A stretch of 64,000 nucleotides of DNA, taken from assembly GCA_965178125.1 (NCBI GenBank), contig OZ237751.1, positions 1 to 64,000 on the forward strand, read 5' to 3'. The position numbers were made by a program, and so were the translations under genes. A model generated the notes under the pieces. That model was given only the letters and a program-made list of their open reading frames with translations. It was not told the DNA's origin and ran no database searches. Below, piece after piece: positions 50,368-61,543 of this stretch. The DNA is from Bilabrum cf. latius (lineage: Eukaryota). The stretch's first letter is position 1; each line of letters opens with the position of its first letter.

Positions 50368-53300
50368 ATGGCAAGCCTGAAAGATGCAAACTGCCCGGGA
50401 TTTACTGCGCAGCCATCTAATCCTAATAGATGCTTGCATTGCCGAAAGGGGATCGGCAGGCATAGGGCTGTCAGGAGCGTCGTACCTGAACCGACACTCG
50501 GCATCGCTTCTTGTCCGGTCGATTCATGTGAGCAGAATGACGAGCTCCAAAGTTCACAAGAGAGAGGCCAGGAAGAATCTATCAATGCAGCAGGCAGGAG
50601 CGCCGGAACGTCTGCGGTGGCGATTCCATTCATTTGGCCCAGACACAAGTCTCGTGCGAACTTCGAGACATTCGAAGTTATTGTCTCATTGTCAGAGTTT
50701 GACTGGGGACGGCTGGGTCCAAACGGAATTGTAGGCAATTGGTCCACTTCTACAAGTCACAGCCCCCGACACTGGCCTAGGGGGGCCTGGTACGTGCAGC
50801 TTTCAGCGGACGGTCCGCTAGAGGTTCCTACCCCGCCTCCGCAGCGGCTTGGGAAGGGTTCAGGCCAGGATCACACTTCAGACATTTAGCAAAGCCCAGC
50901 AAAATTATCTCTGGCTACACGTTTACCGCTCATGGAAGGCCTGGCTGGGCCAAGACCTTCCGGATCAGCTAGACCTGGTCTTGGCTTGCGGTCGAACGGC
51001 GGCTTCCCGACACCATCTCAATCGGGTCCGCACAGAATGGCCCCAAGGCGCAGATTTGGTGGTCCAGCACTAGCAGAGGTACTGGAAGAGGATGACGCCG
51101 ATCAAGGCTCGCCACCTTCAGCGCGTGCAGGCGAGCCCGCAGTCAGCACGGCATCGGCTGGCTCCAAGCCTGACAGCAGGAGCAGCAGCAGCAGAGGCAG
51201 CGGCTTGCCAGACCCGAGCAGCACCCGGGCCAGCAAAATCAGCGGGGCGTCACAGGCGCAAGATCACCGCGACGCAGGCCCCGTGGCTGCAAACCACGCG
51301 TACGAGTTCGGCCCGGGCCGAAGGGAGTCGGCCAGGCACCGCGGGGGCGAGACCGAGAAGATCCGCACGTCCACCATCGCCAAGCCGTTGAGGGCCAGAT
51401 TGGGCCCTGGCTCTGCCCCTGAGCGCGGAGACTTGTTTGAGGGCGATAGCTACGCGGGCAGTGACGAGAAACGCGGGGAAGCGGTCGGTGCGGGCGCTGG
51501 CGGGCTCGAGTCGTCCCTCTGGATGGCCCCCAGCCAGCCCACGTGGAGGGCCCCCAGGCAGGGGCAGGTGGTCGCCGTGTCCAAGTCGCCCGTCCTGCGC
51601 TTCTGCAGAGCGGTCCCACTGCGCATGCCCCGCTCTCTAAGGCTCTTGAAAGCGACTTCTCTCCGTATCTCGCTCATGTTCGTCGGGGGGCCCAACGGGA
51701 GCGGCAGGCCGCCAGTCGAGGTCGGCTCCGTGCTGGTGCCGCCTCAGACCGTGCTGCCGTCGGGCCAGTCATCCAGTGGGAAAAGTCGCGGTATTCGGAA
51801 CAAAGCCGTGTTTCTGCGGGGCAATGGCGGGTTTAGGTGCGTGTGTTCGTGCTACTCTCGCACGGCAGGGGCCGAGAGGAGGTCGTGGCTGAGCCAAAGA
51901 ATAGGAGGCACATCGCTCCGGCGATCCTTCGTGGTTGGCGGGGCTCAGAGGAGCAGCGTGCTGAGTTTTCGAGAGGAGTGCGAGGAGTCGGCCCTCGGGG
52001 TTGCAATTCCAGCTGCCCTCTGCAGGGCACGGGCGGATGGGTTGCGCAGGTAGCGCGAGAGGCTACTTCTAGGCCTGGATCGCATTCTTCCGCTGCTGCG
52101 GAGCGACCGCACAGCTTTGGAGCTAGCAGGGCCTACACAGGGAGTGCGGGACAGTGGAGGGTACTAGAATCCTCTTTCCAATGGAGAAGGGGTGTTTCCT
52201 TAGTTCAGTTCACAGCATGGTCAGGGCAGCCAGCAGGACAGCGGTGAAGATGGATCGGTCCGGACCAGGACGCGATCTGCATCTAGGAGCTCTCCAGTGG
52301 AAGCTCAGGAAGGCTCACTCTAGGCAGTACCGATCGAAGAGCGACAAGGTCCCAGAGCTAGGACGAGCAGCGTGCAGGTTGACAGCTCGAGAGAGCCGTT
52401 GGCTAGGGTCAAGGCGGCCATCGAGCGCATCAACGCGAGACAGGAAGTCATTGAAATTGGAAATAAGTCCAAACCCAGGCTGCGAAGGCGTGCAGGCCTC
52501 GCGGCAGATGCGGTCTCGTCCTCATCGCAGCCAGCACGACGAGGACCTCGCATGATATCCGAGCCTGGTCGCGCTGCATCGAATGCTGCACCATTAGGAC
52601 CTGAACGAACTGTATCTGCCTCTGCCACCACCCCATCTAGAGGCGCCGGAGTGCCGATTCCAGCGGGTGCGCAGCCACCGGCGGCATCTCGAGGATCCGA
52701 ACGGGGTACCCCTGGCCGGTTCGGACAGCAAGCGAGCCTAAATCCATAGCCGAGCCCTCTCACGTTTCGAGTGTCTGGAAAACTCGCGGGAGTTGGCTGG
52801 TATCTGGCAACAGCCAGAAACTTGCTGTGCATGCTCAAGGCCCAGGCCGCCTGCATCGCAGAGCTGGACGGGCAGGCTGCCATTCTGGCCCATCGATACA
52901 GGAGGGCGTGGAGGCACTAGAGCAGGCACAGAAACAGAGGCTGGGGAGATTTGGGCCACCACGCAGAGACGGCTGCGTTTTCATTCAAGAAGGGGATCGT
53001 GAGGCCTGGGAGGCAAGAGCCATGGCCAATCGCTGCAGCCCCGGGCGGCATTGCAGCGGGGGCGGCTGATCCCGTCGTGCATAAGGGCAGCATCGCACCC
53101 ATCCAAGACGTGCTCGCAAAGGGCTGGCTGAAGTCTATTTCCAATGAGAATACGCGCGAAAAGGACAGTATATCCAGAGGTTCGGGAGACAAGCTGCGTC
53201 AGTCGGTCGCAGAGCAGGGCGGGTAGTGGTACAAACCCAGCGCGCTCAAAGGCAGCTCATCGCTTGCCTTCTTGCCGTTGAATCTGCACCTGCACAGCAT

Positions 53301-56300
53301 GGAGGTGCAAGAGAATACTGTGGGTAGTTTTGTGGCATCTACCTATGCCAAGGATAGCCATCTTTTCGTCGAGCGCATCGCAAAGCTCAAGCGCAGCTCT
53401 GCAGTGCAGCGAGCCCTTTAGGCCGGTAGCGCGTCAGTTGATGCGACATGGGGATGGGGAGTCTCGCAATTCAAAGGGATGTTTATGCACTCTAAGAAAG
53501 GAGCCAAACGAAGGCGGGTACGCCGCCACCGTCTCGAGTCGAGCGCCTCTGTGCAATCAAGGCGGCTAACAGCTGGGACCAGCTCACTCGCATGGGACGA
53601 TGCGACTGCCGGACTGGTGTCTCCAGTCAGTTTGCCGCGGCCATCGATCGCAGCTTAGGACAAAAGAAACAATCAGTATGGATCTATGCTGTCTCGGGCG
53701 GCTGCGAGGGCTCGAGACGGTAGCGACGATGATTCTTCGGACGACTCTGAGCATGCCCCATCCATCGGCAGTTCGAGTAGCGCCAAGTCAGGAGCTGCGC
53801 CAGACGTGTCTAACGCGGATCCTGGCGAAAAGCGGGGTGCATCAGGCCAAGGCAAGCCATCTGCATGGGCAGTTGCTGGCAGAGTTGCACGAGTCCGCGC
53901 CATCTTCGAGAGGCGGCTGCAGCGCTCAGACGACGAGCCATCAGCGCAGTCGCCCAGATCAGACCAGGATTCTGGCCATGGATTGCCCTCTGGCAGGCAG
54001 TCTCCGATCGAGAACGGAGGGGCAAAGCTCGACAGTTCTGGCCCCATGCTGCTGACGGACTTGGCAGACGTCCTCCCCGACGAGCACGGCGCGAACGCTG
54101 CAGCCAGCGATGAGAAGCAGTCTCGCAGCAGGAGGCGTGCGAGACGAGGAAGTGCAGCTTCGGTCGAATCGCACGGGTCACATGTGAGCGGTATGACAGA
54201 TGCCTCAGATTCAAGCCATTGGTCAGCTCTAACTTTTGGAACCTCATTTGGTGGGGCTGTAGCTTCGCAAGATCAGCCTGGCGACACGGCACTGCAGGGG
54301 TCATGGCTCGCAAGTGGCAACACGAGGGGGCAGTAGGGCCGAGCGGTTGGATCCGGGGACTCGGTGGCTTCGTTCGCTACCTAGAGCAAACGGCTGGCGC
54401 GCTAGCAGTCCGTGGCACAGCTGGCCCAAGCTGAGATCACAAGGGTCTCTGAGCTCCTGCAAGAGCACGCTGCTGGGAACAGAAGAGAGGGTGAGAATGG
54501 CTCGGGTATTAATCGACCAAGACTTCTATCTGAAGCCTCTCGAAGGGCGGCTGGAGCTCGATCGACCAGCTTGAAGACTGTCAAGCACGCAGACCTGGGG
54601 TTTGACGGGCTCGTGCAGGCCAGCTCTAACTTGGACGCAGTCACCAGGGCAGCGAGTCTGGCCGTGATAGCGCTCAAAAAGATGCGCATTGACAGGGAGC
54701 GAATCAGCGGGTCTCCTGGAACGTGGTACACAGTGCTCACAATGGGTGCACCTGCGCTGCATGCTCCACTTGCTCCCTTGGAGAGCCTTGGGTCGCTGGC
54801 ACGGCTCACTTACTTCAAGTGCTTCCAGTCCACTGCAGAAGGCCAGAAAGCGTCACCAACCTACTACCCTCACAGGCAGAGGTACATGTCCGTGCCAGGG
54901 TTTGCTGAGGGCCCGTACTAGGGCATGGGGGGCCTCAAGACTGGTGGACTGGAGGCGCTGCGATTGCCGCTCATCACTGGGCTTGGCTTGGACGATTCTA
55001 CATCTTGTGCGGCGTTTCTCGAGGCATGGTCACTGTGCTGTGTCAGTCCAACGTCGGTTGCGGTGTAGAACTGGCGCATGGAGAGATCTACTGCTGAAGT
55101 GGAGGCTCTGCAGCGGAGGTAGGCATGGAGGAAATGGTTTGCGCAGGCGGTCGCAGCCACGTCACGAACAGGGTCGCGGGATGCGTTGGCGGCGCTGCCA
55201 TAGTCAAGTAGCCCGAAGCAGTCGCATTTTGCGAAGAGTGTACGAGCTATTGGGGACACTGATACATCGGATATGGGCATGCAGCTTGAGGCCTTGGGCA
55301 TGGGGCAGATCCTGGGGGCCCAAGGTGCGGGGGAGGGCGTTGCCAGAGCCAGGTTGCGCGAGGACCAGCTCAAGAAGAAATCTGATCAAGTGGCCAAGCG
55401 ATCTGCCTTGGAGAACCTCATTTCCACTCTGGGGGCGGTCGGTCTCGGTCATGGGGTGGAGCGGTCCAGCGTGACACACAACGCGCGGCCTACCTACGAC
55501 TGCGCCGTCCCACTGTCGCAGGCATCCATGGCTGCTGCGTCAGTTGCCATCGCTCTACAGCGCAGAGAGGACAGAGTGTTTGCGCAGGCGCTCTCGGCTG
55601 CTGTTGCGCTCGTGTGCAACGCAGTTGACGCCGCCATCGCCTCGCAGAATACCTCAAGGCTGGCTCCGCTGGCCAAGTCAGGGTTCCTGCTGTCCTTCGA
55701 GAGCCTGCTCAGCACTGCCGGAAGTGAAACCAGCATGCTTCGAGATTTCAAAGTCGCGGTCAGGTAGCTTGCTAAAGTCAGGGTTCGCTTTCGATAGCGC
55801 CTCGGTAAGGCTCAGGCGCGCGGTGCGGCGGCCATCTGGCGTGTGTCTGGCGTGCATGCCCCTGGAATGACAGGAACGTCGAGTGGTGGGTCTTCTTCGC
55901 GCCCATCGAGTCAAGATTCGCTTGCAGCAGATGCTCCACGATGGTATTCCTCCACGGATGGGATATCCGTGTGGGGCAAAGGGACTGCAGCTGTGGATGC
56001 CGGGACGTACTACCACGCAGCAGTCACCGCGCAACAGCTCAAGCACTCCGCGCCTCGCGGCAAGCCGCACACGCGAACTGGGACACGAAGTGGGTCTGGG
56101 CACAGTAGCTTGCACGACAAGAGCCTCCCAAGCGCCGGAACAGGAAAGATATCTGGTCCAACCACTCGTGGGAATCATCCAGACCTCAGCGGTGCCACGC
56201 AGGCAAGGCATGCGCATGGGAGACAGCTGTCGTTGGGGCAGCAGGCCAATCAAGGCGGTGTACCGATGCTGCGCAGATCACGAACGGCCATCCAGGCTTC

Positions 56301-59300
56301 TGCAGCGCGAGAAGTAGATTCATGGAGCGTATCGAGCGACGAAGACTCCAGCCGTGGGCTGCCCAGCCGACCAGTCCGTTAGCCCCCGTTGGCCCCGTAG
56401 CCTCCACCGGTCGCAACCCGCACTGCAAAGAGAAGGGTAACTGCAGCTGCGATTCCAAACTTGTCCCAGCAAGCGGATTCTGCTCACCCGATTTCTGGCC
56501 TAGATAGAATTTCGAGCATCGAGCGTATCTAGAATGGCACTGCTGCGGCAGTCTCAGAGAGCGATAGCGATTCCGAAGGCGCGGACATGGCTCGAGCAAT
56601 GGAGCGCGGTGATGAGGCTGCAGCTGAGGCGAACAGGCAGTTTTCCATTGCTGCAGCGCAGCGAGCGTAGGCTGAGCAATCTGAGGGGGCACTCAAGAAG
56701 TTGAACCAGCGTTACGCTCGAAAAAAAGCAATGCGGATCGGAAGCCGCACGGAGGCTCATGATGAGCCCAATTGGCGTGAGCTTGACGCTGCAGAGGTAG
56801 ATTCAGACAGCTATGAATCAGACGCAAATTCTACCAGCAGCAGTGACGACGATTCAGCAGATCGGGGTGGCGTTCCAGACCAACTACTTTCTACTGCACA
56901 AAGCTTGGTGGAGTCTGCAGCACACGATTGTGCGGTTCTGGGCGGATCATCGGGGGCCCTGGCGGCAGCGGAAGGAACGGCACCAGCAGATGACTCCCGA
57001 AGGGTGTCGGTTCTCGAGGGGGTTGGAAGCAGCGCAGCAGGCGATTTAACGTCAAAAGCAAGCCGGGATGGTAAGGAGGGTGGCAAGAGGAATGAGACGG
57101 CAGACCAGACCGCCCCGGCACCTGAAGACAGTAAATCTCCCAAGGCTTCACTAGGGTCTGGTTCGTAGCTTCTACCACCGGTGCCGTCGTCTCTAGACAG
57201 CCTGCATCCTAGTGGTGCAGCACGACCCGGAGGGCGTGCATCTGTGGGCTCCTCTCAGGTGCGGCCCGATGATGTTCCTAGGCAAGACAGTGCTCAGTCC
57301 GTGAGCAGTATGAGATTCTCCGGCGACGACCTGCGGCTCGTTGCACAGAAGTGCTCCTGGGCCCACGTGTGGGAAGCCTCTGGCACCAGCGATGGGTCCG
57401 AATTCGATGCGGATGCCTGCTCGAGCGAAGAGATTCCAGTCTATGCGATGGAGTAGCATCGTAGGCCACCGTTGCCACACTCTGATCCCAAGGAAGTCAG
57501 CATTTCTCTCATATCCAGCCGGGATCGATCGCAGACCACTCTCGCGGTTGCACCTGATCGAGCAGGATAGCAAGATCGAAGCGGAGCTGGTAGAGAGGCT
57601 ATAGCTGGCGAATCAGCTCCGACGCAAGGCCTCTCGAAGCTACCTTTACCTAAGCTGGCACAACATCTGCGAGACACGGTGCCGCCGCAGCGGAAGCAGC
57701 GGAGGTCGAGGGTGCAATGGGCTTTGCGTCGCACCGCTGAGCGGCTGATGTCGACCCAGACTCGAGTGGTGGAGGGCAGCAGACTAGCAAAGTCGCCGTA
57801 CAGCGGGTTCAGGGCCGGCGTGGAGGCAGAGGCCGCACAAGCATTGCAGCGAGCCAGCAAGCTGGCCAAGAAGAGGTTGCTGCAGAAATGGTCGTCCTCT
57901 GCAAGCCAGTCTTCCGTGGTGCGAGCTATTCTCGGCGACGGTGGCAGCACAAGCGGGGATCTGGAGGGGGCGCTGCAGCTCGCGAGGTAGGGCTCCGTGC
58001 GTGGTAAGACAGACGCGAGTGCAGCATAGGCAGTGCGTCGACTTAGGGGCCGCGGGCGGTTCTCGGTGTTTGGTGCCATCCAGGGCCTCAATGCCGGCGA
58101 TCTCGCCGACAAGCTGAGGCAAAAGCGCAGCGGCTCTGCTGGTGCAGCGATCCCGCAGTCACCAAAGCTTGGGCCAGCCGAGGCAGCTGCTTCAATTGGT
58201 GAGTCAGAGAGCAAAGGAGCAGATTCATCTGACCTGAAGTGGAGGGCAATCTGGTACGATGTGCAGCCAGTGCTTGCCGTGGGTTCACCATCGCTCCCGC
58301 AAGCGGTATGGGTTGACAACGTGGTCGCCATGCGGCTGCTCGTCCTTGCAGCGAGCATCGGAGGCGCTGTGGGACCCCGCCTCGCCGAAGCAGCAGCCTG
58401 CCTGCGTACTACGCGCCCGGGTCACGACGAGCTGGCGCAGAGCGGGTGCCTGCAGACAGACGGCGTATCCAACGCACATGCCCTGCTTTCCTTGGTGGCC
58501 AGAGACAAGCGCTCGTCTGGCAAGGACACTCGGCGCGGGCGGACTCTGTCTGCCGATGGCGGCAGCAATGACGATGGGGATCCCGACCGCAGGGCCAGCG
58601 CGGACAGTATTGCCGAATTGGACGATGTAGCAAGCGCTAGTACGGCTTCACTGGCCATCCGCGACGCGTTGCATGCGGCGCTCCTCAAGTACCCCTATCG
58701 TATTGCTGCCCCTGATCTCTTGCCGGCACCACCGGCAGCACCGAGCGCACCAGCACCTATTCCCCCCAGGGGAGTGGCAGTCCCAGCCCGTATCCGGGAA
58801 AAGAGGCAGAGGTTTTCTCTGCGAGGGGGCGGTATCGCTCCGTTGAGCGCCCCGGGATCGCCAGAGCTGCAGGCTCAACCAGCTGCGATTGCTGCCCGCG
58901 GCGCAGACGATCCAGTAGCGGTGATCCCGCCCGAGTACCTGTCACAGGTGATTGTGCATCTAGCAGCTGCAGCGGCAGAGGACCAGCAGGTGCTGCGGTC
59001 CGTGCAGCGAGTGAACCCTTCTCTTCGAGCTCTGCGCGCGGAAGCTGTGGCTGGGGGCCACCAGCGGGGGCGCCGAGCCGCGCTGCGGGCGCTGGTGAGG
59101 CTCGCCGGCGTCCAGTCAGCCGATGGGGCGGGAGCGGGCGGGCCCTCATCTCCGCCGAAGCAGCAAAACCGGAGCGGTGGCCGAGCAGGCCGTGTGAAGC
59201 GGGCACGAGGAGAACAGGCCGGAGACTCGCCCCAGGACAGCCCTCCACCAGCTCCTCGACCCAACGGCACGTCTGGCCCTCAGATCACCCCCTCGATCAC

Positions 59301-60114
59301 GATGTCCTCGGGCTCTCCGTCTGGTAGCCGCGGCCAAGATGGGCCCAGAGTGCCTGCCTCCCAGCTGGCGGGGGCCCCGGGGACAGAAGCCGCCGACCTA
59401 CCCGCTTTCTGCGCTGCAGCCGCGCAGGATGACACGCTCCAGGCCGCAGTGCTGCTTGCCAACGAGCAGTCCCTTGTGGTTGACCTGGAGTGCAAGCCCT
59501 CCGTATTCGACCAGCTGCCAGCAGCTCTCAGGGACGCAGCTGTTCCCCTGGTGCCCCTCTTGTTCTCCCAGGGCATCAACGAGGCGCAGACTTTCGCTAA
59601 CCTGCAGGGCAGCTCAGATCTGTCCCTGCAGCAGGAAACAAACCAGGCATCTCTATTCAGGCTGCAGCAGTTCGCGCGTCGATGGGCCGTGGAGCTGGCA
59701 GGCGCCGAGATGCGCGCCATCGACAGGGACCTGGCGGCCTTGGGAACCGAGGTACTGGCTGAGGCGGACCCAGGGAGGCGCAGGGCCAAGCGACCTAGGG
59801 TGCTGCAGCTGGCGGGGGACATCGTACGCGCGTTGGGGGGAGGGCGCGTGACCTGCTGCAAGAGCGGGAAGGACCGCACCGCCATGAGCGTCACGCTGGA
59901 GATCGCGCGCGTGCTGGCCAGAAGGCACGGGCTTCCCAAGGCCCGTGTCCTGGAGACTGCCGCTCTTCTTAGGGAGTGGGGTGTACGGAGGGACGTGTGC
60001 CGCAAGTGCATCGGGAAGCCCAGGTTTGCCTTCAACAGGCTGCAGCAGGGCTTCTTACCAGAGGAGTACCAGCCACCCGCTGGCAGCATCGCACAGGGCG
60101 CGTTAGAAACTTGA
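50368..60114 (+). CDS. INPP4: Inositol polyphosphate 4-phosphatase (INPP4-type, PI(3,4)P2 4-phosphatase), ~3,250 aa with long low-complexity insertions
   Basis: Catalytic CX5R motif CKSGKDRTAMSVTLE. Family blocks appear in order: YKPSALK...FLPLNLHLHSM, YTVLTMGAPALH, DRVFAQAL, FESLLSTAGSETSMLRD, LFSQGINEAQTFA, FAFNRLQ. All pieces lie in one frame joined across TAGs and end at TGA. Confidence 0.88.
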
Positions 60115-60421
60115 TCGTGGGGACGGTGGAAGAGACCTACTGTGCTGTTCACTACCGGACTTCGTCTGGCAGACGATCCTGCGGGAAAGGGAGGCAGCCT
60201 GAGGGTAGGGTCCGGCCTGATGAGGGTAGCGAGTCTGGGAACCGGAATTGAGAGCAAGCAAACGAGAACACGAATGAAAACGTCGCATTCCGCATACTAG
60301 CTTGCACTCCTTTTTTCAATCAACGGTGCTGTTTCATTTGTGCTAATTTGCTCAGTTGCTGCGTAGAAGGCGAGCCATTTACCATAGCTTTGTGTTTCTC
60401 TCTCCGCGTTCTCGACGCGAC

Positions 60422-61294
60422 ATGGAGAAAGAAGCAGGATCTTCAGCACACAGAAATGCAGGGTCCGGTAAGGTGGGACGTTGTGGCACGAAATAGGAGG
60501 AGTTAGACAAGATGGTAGCAATGCAGGCGGCTTCAATCATGCTTGGCGGTGGACGGGCGGGCATGGCAGATGAAGCTATGGTGGACCTTCGAAGACTCGT
60601 ACTCCGCCAAGCAGACACACAATATGGCCTCCGCAGTCGTGCTAGGGTGAAGAAGTGCAAAGCTTTGGGCCTTAGGTTGTCTCGTCCGAGACCACCACCG
60701 AAATAGCCACTCGAAGACGAGCCTAAGGCTGCTCGCGATGGCATCGTCGAATCGGTGAAAACCCACCGCTCCACGACAGGTGCAGCTCACTCGAGTCGTG
60801 CAAAGAAGACCAGCCGCAAGACAGTCACTGTTAAGGGGAGAAGCGATTCACGTTTGATAAAATAGACGAAGGCTGAGCTCGTGACAGCCAGGCGCCACCA
60901 GCTGCAGCTCGAGGCAGAGGCGCGTGATCAGAGGCGTAAGGCCCTTGGGATGCCGCGATCGTCGAGAGAGTCCATCACGAGGCGACAGCAGGAGGCGTTG
61001 CAGCGCCACATGAGGCGTGGTCGCACCCAGGCGCGTGCGTGCGCTGGCGGAGCACGAAGGGATGGAGGATCGCAAGCTGCCACCGGTCGCAACGGGACCG
61101 TAGGTTGCACTAGTGGGGCAGCTAGGCCTTCTCGTGCTCGGAACCATGGGAGTGATAGTGGTACACCTGCTCGATCGGCCGAGCCGCCAGCGGTTTCAAA
61201 CGATCATGGGTGGGATGAGCAGGCCCGGGTGTGGGCGCTGAGGGGCGGTTTGCCAGGGGCGCGGGCAGTCGAGACTGAGGAGCACACCAGATAA
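60422..61294 (+). CDS. Hypothetical basic (Arg/Lys-rich) protein, ~290 aa, 3 in-frame TAG, ends in TAA
   Basis: ATG 60422 is in frame with track ORFs 60512 and 60881. It is the only predicted gene here ending in TAA (61292-61294). No family was recognised. Confidence 0.6.
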
Positions 61295-61543
61295 GCAGGC
61301 GAAGCAGAAGTCCAAAGGCAATATTCAGTCCAATTTAATCCGCGATGCGGGCCCCCCGGGACCGTGATCTCTGCGGAACATGTCGGCTCGCGGCGCCGCC
61401 AACGGTGCGTAGACTAACTTATCCGGATTGAATGTGCTGTTGCACTCAACATTTAACAAAAGTACCGGTGATATTGGAGTCCAACCAGCGCTCATTGTAA
61501 GAGCAGTCAGTGCTCAATTCGCTGCAATTCAACGCAGGCCTCA

